The notes under the pieces are model-generated. The model ran no database searches, was not told the origin of the DNA, and saw only the letters and a list, made by a program, of their open reading frames with translations. A stretch of 64,000 bases of DNA from a virus. The translations under genes and the position numbers were made by a program. The stretch is from positions 6,133 to 70,132 of IMG/VR virus record IMGVR_UViG_3300049825_001003; one strand, 5' to 3'. Below, piece after piece: positions 36,376 to 46,800 of the stretch (position 1 is the stretch's first letter; each line of letters opens with the position of its first letter).

Positions 36376-36954
36376 AGGCAAACTGCCTACTCGAGAAGCT
36401 GCTTTTACTGAATAAAGAATCTCTGCTTGAGGCAAAACAGTAATCCATTTCTTGGCAGGTTTTGCTACTTCAAGTCCTAAGGAGAACCGAGGCTGAGAAG
36501 TTTTCGAGACTATGGAAGAAACTATCTTTTTCTCGACAACAGTTTCTTTACTTGCAGACTCTTTCTCCTTCACCTCTTCTTTTGCAACTTTCTTCTCTTC
36601 TTCCTGTTTGACTACTTTTGTCTCAGAAGCTACAGCTTCCTTTTTCTCTTCAATCTTGGTCTCTTTGGTAGAACCATCCTTCTTTCTCTCGGTGATGGTT
36701 ATCACCTTTTCACTCTTCTCAGCTTTGTACTTCTGCAGCTCTTCGGAAAGTTTCTTCTTGTAGTCTTCGGTGAAGACCAGAATCATCTTTTCCTTTTCAG
36801 AGGCAATAATCTCACTCATCTTAGCTTCATCTACTGTCTTAACTTCGACAATGTCCTTATTATTGACAAAAGTACCGGCAACGAATGCCGATATTATAGC
36901 AACAACTACAGCTATTTCTTTCCAAAATCTCTTTAACAATTCTACGAATAACAT
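36307..36954 (-). CDS. Lysis accessory protein candidate (N-terminal TM, coiled coil, C-terminal amphipathic beta strands)
   Basis: Directly downstream of the endolysin; IAVVVAIISAFVAG TM; Lys/Glu-rich stalk; ends GVTAHFEF. Confidence 0.6.
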   Translation of the reverse strand: MLFVELLKRFWKEIAVVVAIISAFVAGTFVNNKDIVEVKTVDEAKMSEIIASEKEKMILVFTEDYKKKLSEELQKYKAEKSEKVITITERKKDGSTKETKIEEKKEAVASETKVVKQEEEKKVAKEEVKEKESASKETVVEKKIVSSIVSKTSQPRFSLGLEVAKPAKKWITVLPQAEILYSVKAASRVGSLPLWVGVSYQFGTSAIGVTAHFEF

Positions 36955-36971
36955 GATGTTTTCTTTCTTCT

Positions 36972-37499
36972 TTAAGGGACTGTACAAATTGAACCGGTGT
37001 TGAAAAGTGCCATCTCGGCAGTACGCCTTCTGGTCAATCCTGCCATTACCTGTCCACCAGCCTTGTTCCATTTCAAGAATTCTAATGCAGCGCCAGGAAA
37101 ATCACCAGAGTTCATCTTCTTGAGGAGTGTGGATTTTTGTAAGGCAGAAAGGCCTACGTTAAAAGCGAAACAGATGAGGGCTGCTAATTGGGTGTCAGTG
37201 CACTTTATTTGGACCATTTTTATTACGCTGTCAGCATAGTGCTGGACTTCTGCCTGAAGACGATCTTCAGCTTGCTTTTGAGTCCACACTAGACCAGGAA
37301 CTACATCTTTACCTGTCTGGCCATATCCGATCGTGATCGGGGCGCCTGAGAGCGATTCCCAGCCAGCTTTTCTAGCTGCAGGCTTCTTGCGTTTCTCTAT
37401 TCCCTGGGGACTGGCAGGATCTGGATATGCTGTGAGAACACACCCTTCGAATTCTTTTATCAGTTTAATGGCAGGAGCTAGGTATCCAGGTGTGTTCAT
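36972..37499 (-). CDS. Endolysin, GH24 lysozyme
   Basis: EFEG...AYPDP...TIGYGQT (E-D-T catalytic residues), FNVG, WNKAGG, GLTRRR. Confidence 0.93.
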   Translation of the reverse strand: MNTPGYLAPAIKLIKEFEGCVLTAYPDPASPQGIEKRKKPAARKAGWESLSGAPITIGYGQTGKDVVPGLVWTQKQAEDRLQAEVQHYADSVIKMVQIKCTDTQLAALICFAFNVGLSALQKSTLLKKMNSGDFPGAALEFLKWNKAGGQVMAGLTRRRTAEMALFNTGSICTVP

Positions 37500-40400
37500 T
37501 TTTTTGCCCTTCTTTTAGCAAGTGATTTTGTCAATTTCTGCGCCCATGTAGGTTCATTGTTGTGTTCAGGATTTGTCTGAGTTACTAAATCGCCATATTT
37601 TGCAGGCTTATATCCCATCTTCTTTGGAATGTCTCCATAGCCTTCTCTAATATGCACAGGGAGTTTTGGCTTTTTCAGAGTAACCGGATGGCCTAATGCA
37701 GTTAGTTCGGAAGTTTCTGGATTTACTCTTATTTGAGAAAAGAAAGGAGTTTGATCTCCTGGCACTGACACGTAAGGAATAGGATCGCGCAGCTGAGCTT
37801 CTGCACGCTCATCTCTATCTATAGCTTCAGCTGCGTGCTCTTTGGTAAAGTGAGGATTGTTATGCAAAAAACTAGCAGCTGCCACAGGAGCGCGCTCAAC
37901 AATCCTACTGATATGCTCTGCATTAAGATGAGGATTACTATGTAGATGTCTAGCGGCTGACTCAGCAGCGTATGTAATAATATCGTCAATGTGCTCTGCA
38001 TTAAGATGAGAATTATTAGCCAAATATTCTGCTGCAGAAGCAGGTTTTCTTTCTACAATGCTATCGACATGTTCTTTAGTGAGATTAGGATGGCTGTGAA
38101 GATATTTTGCTGCTGTATTTGGGGATTGCTCTACAATCCTATCAATATGTTCTTTAGACAGTAACGGACTGTCCTTAAAATTCAGAGCCGCAGTAGTAGG
38201 ATCCGCATTCACATAATCATCAATATGCTCTTTGGTAAAATAAGGACTGTCCGCGAGATATTTCTTCAGGTGAGGGCGATTCTTAATAATACTGTCAAAA
38301 TGCTCCTTCGTGAAATAAGGATTATTAGTCATGCCGTCTGCCGTTGCAACAATTTCCGGAGAATTAGCCACCATCTCATTCATATGTTCTTTGGTAAAAT
38401 AAGGGGTGTTGTGTAAAATACCAAGCGCCTCATCTACTCCCAAACCTACTATTGTATGATTGAAATGCTCTTGATTAAAATTAGGATTATTCCTAAGGTA
38501 TCTGACAGTGCTGCCTGCATCATGTCCAAGGATCTTACTAATGTGCTCTGCATTAAGATGAGGATTATTAGCCAAGTATTTAGCTGCAATAAGAGGCCTA
38601 TCATCAACAATTTTATCCACATGTTCTTTAGAGAAATGTGGATTATCCCCTAAATGTTTTGCAGCCAGAGCAGGATTATCCTTAACAATTTTATCTACAT
38701 TTTCTTTACTCAAATGAGGATTCATTTTAGAAAAAATATCTGTAGATGTCTCAAAAGGCATTGCTGAATTCGTCAGCATTTTGAAGTAATCTTCAGGAGG
38801 CTGGCCATTAGGATATTTAGAAAGGTCAGCGTATATCGAAAGATCTCCTGCTTTTTTCCAGTCCATATCGGGGGTTGTTTTCAGCCCTGAAAGCTCTGCC
38901 CGAGGTTCAGATTGCCAGATATGAACATTCTTTCCTACATTCCCTGAATTTCTCAAAGACTGTAAGAACCCCTCATGGATAACCTGTGAAGGATGAACTC
39001 CTTGAAACAGCACATCGTTCATTTTATGAATAGAATCTAAAGTCAGTCCTTGTTTTGCAAACTGATCTGCAGATTCAGGATCTTTCTTTATTGCATCTTC
39101 TATGTGGCGAGATAAGGTTTGTCCGAAGTCAGACTGAATCTCATCAATATGAACATCGGAAGGAGTGTTGGTATATCTCACCCAGCCAAGAGTGTCATCG
39201 GTTGTAGGGTGTCCAGACTTTTTCGATATTTCCTGAATTTTTTCATATATGGGCATAAGACCAGATTCATTTAATTTGTTTTTGGTCTCTGGAGAGATCT
39301 CTAGGCGGAACACTTTAGAAGGTTGCTTCAGATCATGCCTTTGAACATCATTCGTGTACTTACCTCTTGACACTCCAAATTTCATCTTAGGAGTGTTGTC
39401 AATAGCTTCCTGGATTTTACTTGCAGCAATATGGCCTTTATTGTCCTTCAGGTGCTCTATTTTTAAACCTGCAGGATCTAGTCCGGCATTTCTAAAAGCA
39501 GACACATGAGCAGCTCCTCCATTGTGCTCAGCTAGGTCTCTAGCCTGGCGCAGCTTGCCAGTGCCTATAGCAACATCAACTGAATTATTCTGTTCATGCC
39601 TTAGGTCATGCTTGAGGTTGATTGTGGGGTCATCAGTTTTAGATTTCCTGATTGTAGACAAAAGAAGTTTTTCATAGGCTTTTTGGTTAGCAGGATTGCC
39701 TCTGAGCATTGCCAGTGAAGCTGCAGAAGGCGCAAAGGGAGAGCCTGAGCTTCCTATTGTTTTTATAGCAGATGCAATGTCCTTCTTTTTACTGGAAGGA
39801 TTTGTAATCACATTATTCAAATTCTCATTCATCTGTTTGAATTCATTGCCATGGAATGCTTTAAAATGATGAGCAATTTGGTGATTTGAAGGATCTTCAG
39901 CTAATTGTCTTGAGTACCAATCTGCAGGTAAATGCCTAGCTATACTGGCAGGTAGATTCTCTTTGTGTGAAGTTAAAATCTCAGGAGTATTACTAACCTT
40001 CTCGGCAATTGCTTGCATGTGGGCGGGATGAGTATTGCCATGGTCCATCAAATCTGCCATTTTTTCTGCTTGCTCAGGATTCTGAGAATGAGTGTGTGCG
40101 AAATGACCTGCAAGTTCTTCAGGCCCAATCTTTCCTTCCTTGGCAGCATTCACAATACTATAAGTAAGCCACATGTTAGGAGGAACTGCCCTTACTAATT
40201 GATTTCTGACATCATCGCTAGGCGCAAAAGGCATTGCTTCTGCAGCAAGAAGAGGGTTGTGATATTTATGCGCATAGTCGGCAAATATTCTAGGAGAAGC
40301 TCCATGTTCACCCACAAGTGTCTTGGCTACAGATTTTTGAGTCACCTGGTCATCCGGACTCAAGTTGTCCAGAATCGTATGAAGGTCTAACTTAGAAAGA

Positions 40401-40792
40401 GGGTGGTCGGTGTGAAGCCAACCTGGTTTTGGCAAAGTAGGAATTTCGGCAAGTTTCTTTGAAGTCGTTTCGGGTATTGTGCTATGCGACAGTTCTGTGG
40501 AAATTATTTTTGCCTTAGGGTGGTCCTTATGAGTGTCCAGAAAATGGTTCAACACTGCTGCTGTGTCTGAAGGTTGAGCACCACTTGTACTTTCAGCTCT
40601 TCTGATGATTGGCATCATTGCTGCTCCAACTCCTCCAGGAGAGTATTCAGATATCAGAGCAGCGCCTCTGTCCAGAACATTTTTATCTTTTGGACGTTTC
40701 TTGTAATCAGCAAACCATTTTTGCCAAGCTTCCACTGTGAAGCTATCGCTTTTCATTAAACGCTCTATTTTCTGTGCCCAAATCGGTTTCAT
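37496..40792 (-). CDS. Large putative virion (head-packaged) protein with DEIQSD domain and helical repeat array
   Basis: 1098 aa, His-rich; GWVRY...VHIDEIQSD motif; twelve ~26-aa repeats; LxKS motifs at both termini. Confidence 0.65.
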   Translation of the reverse strand: MKPIWAQKIERLMKSDSFTVEAWQKWFADYKKRPKDKNVLDRGAALISEYSPGGVGAAMMPIIRRAESTSGAQPSDTAAVLNHFLDTHKDHPKAKIISTELSHSTIPETTSKKLAEIPTLPKPGWLHTDHPLSKLDLHTILDNLSPDDQVTQKSVAKTLVGEHGASPRIFADYAHKYHNPLLAAEAMPFAPSDDVRNQLVRAVPPNMWLTYSIVNAAKEGKIGPEELAGHFAHTHSQNPEQAEKMADLMDHGNTHPAHMQAIAEKVSNTPEILTSHKENLPASIARHLPADWYSRQLAEDPSNHQIAHHFKAFHGNEFKQMNENLNNVITNPSSKKKDIASAIKTIGSSGSPFAPSAASLAMLRGNPANQKAYEKLLLSTIRKSKTDDPTINLKHDLRHEQNNSVDVAIGTGKLRQARDLAEHNGGAAHVSAFRNAGLDPAGLKIEHLKDNKGHIAASKIQEAIDNTPKMKFGVSRGKYTNDVQRHDLKQPSKVFRLEISPETKNKLNESGLMPIYEKIQEISKKSGHPTTDDTLGWVRYTNTPSDVHIDEIQSDFGQTLSRHIEDAIKKDPESADQFAKQGLTLDSIHKMNDVLFQGVHPSQVIHEGFLQSLRNSGNVGKNVHIWQSEPRAELSGLKTTPDMDWKKAGDLSIYADLSKYPNGQPPEDYFKMLTNSAMPFETSTDIFSKMNPHLSKENVDKIVKDNPALAAKHLGDNPHFSKEHVDKIVDDRPLIAAKYLANNPHLNAEHISKILGHDAGSTVRYLRNNPNFNQEHFNHTIVGLGVDEALGILHNTPYFTKEHMNEMVANSPEIVATADGMTNNPYFTKEHFDSIIKNRPHLKKYLADSPYFTKEHIDDYVNADPTTAALNFKDSPLLSKEHIDRIVEQSPNTAAKYLHSHPNLTKEHVDSIVERKPASAAEYLANNSHLNAEHIDDIITYAAESAARHLHSNPHLNAEHISRIVERAPVAAASFLHNNPHFTKEHAAEAIDRDERAEAQLRDPIPYVSVPGDQTPFFSQIRVNPETSELTALGHPVTLKKPKLPVHIREGYGDIPKKMGYKPAKYGDLVTQTNPEHNNEPTWAQKLTKSLAKRRAKK
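37812..38725 (-). repeat. About twelve ~26-aa tandem repeats (NPH[L/F]xKEHIDxIVxxxPxxAAxYL)
   Basis: Visible in protein and DNA (tgctctgcattaagatgag recurs). Confidence 0.85.
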
Positions 40793-40801
40793 TTTTTGTC
40801 C

Positions 40802-41800
40802 TTAAAAGATAGCTAATGCGTTGATTGTAGGGGGCATTGAATTGTCTAAACTGTTGTCACCATTCTGAGCAAGGTCATTGATTGCTAAACGAAGACCTTG
40901 GCGGTCCTGTTCGTAATCTGCAGCTTCCTGGGGGGTGATTTTTACTTTCATCGAATTATCATCACTGATTAGAAGATGCCACCACTTCTGCCGGAACTTG
41001 CGGAGAATCCCAGTTGCTCTGAAATCTTCTAGAGGTGCTCCAGGTGCCTGAGCATCTGCCAGGATTTTCTTTAAATTTCTGAGCCAAGTAAGTTGTTTCA
41101 AAGTGTAGCGTGTTGGGAATTCTGCCATGGACTTCTCCAAAGCGTCTGCCTTCTGGTCAGCTTCTCTCAGAAAGCTAGATTCGTCTATGGAGTAATATCT
41201 CTCCAAAGCTCTCAGGACTTTCATGAAAGCTTTCTTGGAGAGTTTCGGTGCATAAACAGACATGCTTCCTGAGTCCTGGGGGAAGAGATGCACAGGAGAA
41301 AGACTGTTGCCTGCAGCGTCGAAGAATTGCCAAGACTCGGAGGCCTTGTCAGTGGCAGGAATTTTCTTGAGATATTCTCCAGTCCGGAGAGTTATCTTTT
41401 TCAGTAAGTGAGAGAACTTGAGAGTCTGGGGGACTATAGGACTTCGGTATTGTGCAACTACAGGTCTGACTTGCTCTCCTGCTTTTTTTATACAAATGTC
41501 TTTAAAGATTGAAGTCAGAGTTCTTAGGATTTCCAAATCCAGACCAATTCCTTTGCCATGGAGATAAAGGTCTTCTATGGAGTGTGTGACTTTAGGAGCT
41601 GAAGTAGATTTGTGGAGAACTGTATGGTCCAGTTTTTCAGCCACAGAGGCAGGAGCGGATTTGATTTTGACACTTCCTGAGCGTCCTGAGCTTTTATGAA
41701 GCAGTTTGAAATAGGAAACGGATGAGCCGTCTTCATTTCTACAAGACTTTTTCTCATCTTTTTTTAGAATCATGTCGGAATTGACCTGGAGAATAGTCAT
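40802..41800 (-). CDS. Hypothetical protein, probably virion-associated
   Basis: 332 aa in late operon; LHKS x2 and LEKS motifs. Confidence 0.6.
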   Translation of the reverse strand: MTILQVNSDMILKKDEKKSCRNEDGSSVSYFKLLHKSSGRSGSVKIKSAPASVAEKLDHTVLHKSTSAPKVTHSIEDLYLHGKGIGLDLEILRTLTSIFKDICIKKAGEQVRPVVAQYRSPIVPQTLKFSHLLKKITLRTGEYLKKIPATDKASESWQFFDAAGNSLSPVHLFPQDSGSMSVYAPKLSKKAFMKVLRALERYYSIDESSFLREADQKADALEKSMAEFPTRYTLKQLTWLRNLKKILADAQAPGAPLEDFRATGILRKFRQKWWHLLISDDNSMKVKITPQEAADYEQDRQGLRLAINDLAQNGDNSLDNSMPPTINALAIF

Positions 41801-41802
41801 AA

Positions 41803-42117
41803 TTATTCTTCCAGTTTTATGATTTTATTAGGATTTTCTGATTTAGAATTATAAAAACCTTTATACCCTTGAGTCTTTATTAAATCCCTGAGGGCGGACT
41901 TCACGTCCTTAGGAGAAGCTGACTTTGCCAAAGGAATGAGACCTTTCTCATCCTGCCCAATGTCATAAGCATCTTGCTTCTTGGACTCGAAAGAGCGCAC
42001 AGTTTCTAGTGACTGAGACAGAGACATGTTCTTCTTTTTTGCATCTAGAGATTCTGAAGATTTTTTCAAGACTTCAATATAAGCACTTGCAACAGCACTG
42101 AGTTTTCTATTTTCCAT
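41803..42117 (-). CDS. Hypothetical protein, probably virion-associated
   Basis: AAGGA RBS; LKKS and LAKS motifs. Confidence 0.6.
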   Translation of the reverse strand: MENRKLSAVASAYIEVLKKSSESLDAKKKNMSLSQSLETVRSFESKKQDAYDIGQDEKGLIPLAKSASPKDVKSALRDLIKTQGYKGFYNSKSENPNKIIKLEE

Positions 42118-42186
42118 GAAAAAGTCCTTTGATAATGCAATAGCAACATAATATCATGGAGGTTGGAGTGAGGCAAACGGCCGGCG

Positions 42187-42564
42187 TTAAAAGAAAACTT
42201 GCCAAACAGTGGTGACGATGGTTGCTGCCACTGTAATGATGCTGGCTGCTAGCTTGAGCGTCTTCATATTATTTGCAGAAATAGCTTCACTTGCGATTTT
42301 GTCGGTGTGAAGTTGGGAAGTGATCACTTCAAATGCGTCTAGGCGTTTCTGAGCTGTTCGTACTCCATCGATATGAACCTCAAGCTCTTGATTATACTTA
42401 TCTAATCGTGAACAAATTTCTAAATGGCGAACTTCTGCTCTCTTGTCATGGTCGGCAAATGTAGCTTTGAGCTCTTCTTGCTCTCCACGCAAATCGCGCA
42501 TATCGTCAAGCTGACGTTTTGCATTGTCATGGAGTATTTCGATAATCTTACCTTGGGTATCCAT
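42187..42564 (-). CDS. Coiled-coil protein with C-terminal TM (holin/XhlA-like candidate)
   Basis: Heptads then LAASIITVAATIVTTVWQVFF; GGAG RBS. Confidence 0.5.
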   Translation of the reverse strand: MDTQGKIIEILHDNAKRQLDDMRDLRGEQEELKATFADHDKRAEVRHLEICSRLDKYNQELEVHIDGVRTAQKRLDAFEVITSQLHTDKIASEAISANNMKTLKLAASIITVAATIVTTVWQVFF

Positions 42565-42615
42565 AGCAAAAACCACTCCATTGACCAACTAGCCACTGGC
42601 TAATAATAGCACTTT

Positions 42616-43071
42616 TTAAGAATTCTGATCGCGCAACTCCCAAACCTTGTCAACCAGCTCTTCCGGCAAGATAGTTTCAGTATTACCGAAAATGATATAG
42701 TTTGCGTATTCACTGCACACTGTCCATTTTGGATTCACTACAATCTTAGGGACAATGATGGAAAATGTCTTCATCAGGAGTGTGAAGCCAAACCAGAGAA
42801 TGGCGGGGAAATCATACTTAGCTCCAACCTTGGATTGGGCTCTCTCAAGCATTGCTTTGTAGTTGCCATCATTAGGAATAGAATAGGAACCAGCTTCAGC
42901 TCCATGGCAGAACTTCTCCAAAGTGTCTTTGTGTGCCCCTTTAGAATCCGCATGATAAACGAACCCGTCTTCGCAAATGACTCCCACGTGTGACCAGTGG
43001 TATTGGGTTGCCCAACTGATGATTCGTGAACCTATCTTGTTGCTTCTGCGAACTATTAGTGAGGTGGTCAT
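42616..43071 (-). CDS. Permuted papain-like NlpC/P60 (YiiX/YaeF-type) amidase
   Basis: WSHVG precedes KYDF and CSE (His before Cys, circular permutation). Confidence 0.8.
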   Translation of the reverse strand: MTTSLIVRRSNKIGSRIISWATQYHWSHVGVICEDGFVYHADSKGAHKDTLEKFCHGAEAGSYSIPNDGNYKAMLERAQSKVGAKYDFPAILWFGFTLLMKTFSIIVPKIVVNPKWTVCSEYANYIIFGNTETILPEELVDKVWELRDQNS

Positions 43072-43116
43072 TTTGTTGCCTATAATGTGAGAACTCAATT
43101 GATATTAAATTGTATC

Positions 43117-43791
43117 TTAGGTTGCGTCCATGTGACGGAATAAGTTAACTACAAGATTCACGTCGACGCTTCCTGTGGAAGTATACTTGAGCCGGACATG
43201 AAGTCCAGGAACAAGCAATGCTCTGTAAAGAGAAATCTGGTTTTGTTCATTTGGCATCATTGCCCAGTCCTTCCCAAACTCTTCCACCACATAGCAATTC
43301 CCCATGGCGTCAAAAGTGGCTTGGCTGTACCAGCCTGCCAATACTCCAAATCCAGTCTTATCAACAACTTGAAACTGAGCCCTATCCCCCACCTTGGCAT
43401 TTTCAGCAAAATATTCTATTCCATCAAAAATTGAAGGCTTGTTGACTCCTTTGTATGTGAGCTGAGGAACAAGCCAATCACAGTTCACAGTCTGTCCTGC
43501 TGTGATGGTTTGGTTGATGGCCCCGACAAGCCTAGCTCTCATGCCATTCGGCTCTTTTACTCCAGAGAGTGAAGTTGCTGAGGACATCTTAACTTCCTGA
43601 GCAGCTCCACTGAGAGAGTAGTAATAGGAAAGGATTGCATTTTCCTGTTCTCCATTTAGAGGAGAATTAGTGTTGATATAAAGATAACCGCCATCGTCCA
43701 CCAGCCCGTCTAGTTGGCTTCCTATTAGCGTCTGCAGGTAGGTATGGAATTCGCCCAGTGTTATTTTAGGATTTCCCCAATTCAGTCTCAT
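43117..43791 (-). CDS. Tail-fibre-associated hypothetical protein
   Basis: 224 aa, directly after the fibre gene. Confidence 0.6.
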   Translation of the reverse strand: MRLNWGNPKITLGEFHTYLQTLIGSQLDGLVDDGGYLYINTNSPLNGEQENAILSYYYSLSGAAQEVKMSSATSLSGVKEPNGMRARLVGAINQTITAGQTVNCDWLVPQLTYKGVNKPSIFDGIEYFAENAKVGDRAQFQVVDKTGFGVLAGWYSQATFDAMGNCYVVEEFGKDWAMMPNEQNQISLYRALLVPGLHVRLKYTSTGSVDVNLVVNLFRHMDAT

Positions 43792-43815
43792 AAAAATTCC
43801 TTTAATTCTAAATAA

Positions 43816-46800
43816 TTATCTTGCGTATGCCACAAGAAGCATTTGGCGTTCTGTTGTGGTTACTGTTCCGGTTCCAGAAACCCGACGGAATTGAACATCC
43901 ACTGCTTGCGATCCATTCACAGTGACTGTTGTGGAAATAGAAACTGGCACTTGGATTGTAGTTGTGCTTACTGAAGCAACTCTTCTGTTCGTGACTGTCT
44001 GTTGCACTCCGCCTACAAATACAGCCCATTCACCAACCGCAACGTTTGCTGATATTTGAGCTGATGCAGAGAAGTTGAGAACATAAGAGCCTGCAGCGGG
44101 GGTAGTCGTGATTCCACTGAGTGATGCAAATGTCGCACTTGTAGAGTTCACTGCAGCTGATGATGAAGTGCTTATTGGGGTGTTTGTAATAGGTTTCCAA
44201 GTTGCGCTTTCACGAACTTGGAACTCACCCCCCACAAACTTCACTCGACCATTGGTAGTGTCGGAAGTATTCCCTATTAAAAGTCCATTGACTAAATCCA
44301 CATCACCGCTGTTTCGGACATAAAGTCTCTCAACGCCAGAAGCGGTTCCGTTGGGTGTTGTGGTGATTCTGATTTCCCCACCCTGTGCTGTAGATGTGTG
44401 ATTTTCTGTGGCATATACAACAAATTCCCCAGAAGGAAGAACGTCAGGTCCTGTGGAGTTCCATCCGTAATAACCATTGCCGCCAAGGCGATCTGTGGAA
44501 AGTACTGCAGTAGGAGATGCAATTGTCCCTCTGGATCGGTATTGGCGAATGTACGCGCTGCCTGCTGAATTATTCTGAACTACAGCTAAATCTTCACCTG
44601 TCTGATCTGTCCAGGTCAACAGGCCGCCTGCGTCGATATTTGTGGCATTAACCCAATCAGATGAAAATGTTGTGGGAGTGATGTTAGTAACTCGGCCTTG
44701 AGCATCAGTAGTAATGACAGGGATTTGAGTTCCAGATCCATAAGTTCCGGCTGTGCCTGTGTTAGGCATAGAAATTGTTCTTGTGGCAGTAATATCTCCG
44801 CCACCAGTTAAACCTGTTCCTGCTGTTATTGAAACTGTCGAATGATCGGTGTGTTTATTTGCTACAAAGTTTAGAAGGGAATTGTGATCTATGCCTGCAG
44901 GGAGAGCGACTGCAGTAATTGAACCGCCAGCATCGTTATAAGTAAAGTCGATTGAGGATGAGTCGGTGAGTATTCCACCGACTGCATCTTGAGCTGCTTC
45001 TGCAAAATCAAAAACTCCTGCCGATGTAATAGAGATTGCAGTATTCGTGACTGCAGTTACCTGGCCCTGGGCATTTGTGGTTAATACAGGGATTTGCGAA
45101 GACGATCCGTAAGTTCCGGCTGTGCCTGTATTTGAAATCAAGACTGTAGGGTTTCCGCTAATCCCATCTCCATTATTGATCGTGATTCCAGTTCCGGCAG
45201 TTATCGTTCGTAATGTCCAAGTGTCAGTTGCAGTTCTAGCTAAAAGTCCTGTTCCTGTAAGAGCAGCAACTGCTGTCAAGTCTGCATCTAAAGGTTGAGC
45301 TCCAATCGATACTGGGGTGATAGTGACATTCGCTGCAGAGGTTAATTGTCCCTGAGCGTTGACTGTGAATGTTCCTACTTGAGATGAAGAACCATAGCTG
45401 GCAGCTGTGACAGTAGTGTTTGCCAAGTTCAAAGTTCTTGTGGCAGTAATATCTCCGCCACCAGTTAAGCCTGTTCCTGCTGTTATTGAAACTGTTGAGT
45501 GATCTATGTGTTTATTTGCGGCGAAATTAAGAAGGGAGTTGTGGTCTACTCCTCCAGGTAAAACAACTGCAGTAATCGAATTCCCTGCATCGTTATAAGT
45601 GAAGTCGATCGAGGATGAGTCAGTGAGTATTCCTCCTACTGCGTCTTGAGCTGCTTCTGTGAAGTCTGTAACCGCTGCTGATGTAATTGCAATTGCAGTA
45701 CTGACTGCTGCCGTGAGTCTGCCTTGGGCATCTACCGTGAATGTCCCTACTTGAGATGAAGAACCGTAAGATCCAGCTGTGACAGAAGTAGGCGTCAAAA
45801 CTGCAGTGATGGAATTTCCAGCGTCGTTATAGGTGAAGTCAATTGAAGATGAATCCACCAGAGCATTGCCTACAGCATCCTGAGCGTCTTCATTTGTATA
45901 TTGGGTAATTGTCGAGGCAATAGTGAGCGTATTTGCCGGGTCATTGTAGGTTGCAGTAATCCCAGTTCCTGGAATTATCAATGCAGCAACTCTGTCATCT
46001 ACGGCTTCACTGAAATCAGAGACAGCTGATGAAGTGACCGAAATAGCAGCGTTTGCCGCAGAGGTTAATTGTCCTTGAGCATTAACTGTGAATGTTCCTA
46101 CTTGAGATGAAGAGCCGTAAGAAGCCCCCGTGACTCCAGTTGCAGTGATACTCAGAGTTCTTGTGGCAGTAATATCTCCGCCACCAGTTAAACCCGTCCC
46201 CGCAGTAATTGAAACTGTCGAATGATCGATGTGTTTATTTGCTACAAAGTTTTGCAAGGCGTCATGATTAACACCCCCAGGCAAGACAATTGCAGTAATT
46301 GAGTTTCCGGCGTCATTGTATGTGAAATCTACTGAGGATGAGTCTATTAATGAACCTCCTACTGCGTCCTGAGCAGCTTCAGTGAAATCAGAAATAGACG
46401 AGGAGGTTATAGCAATCGCAGTATTCGTGACTGCAGTTACTTGGCCCTGGGCATTGGTAGTGATGACGGGAATTTGAGTTCCTGATCCATAAGTTCCAGC
46501 TGTGCCTGTATTCGAGATGGCAACTGTAGGATTGCCGCTAATTCCATCTCCATTGCTTACAGAAAGTCCAGTTCCTGCAGTTATTGTGCGCAATGTCCAA
46601 GTATCAGTTGCAGTTCTCGCAAGAATGCCAGTGCCTGCCTGAGCTGCAATTGCAGTAAGGTCAGCGTCTAAAGGCTGCGCTCCGATTGCAGCTGGAGTAA
46701 TCGTAACGTTTGCCGCTGCCGTGAGTCTGCCTTGGGCATCTACTGTGAATGTCCCTACTTGAGAAGCTGAGCCATAGCTGGCAGGAGTAACTGCCGTATT

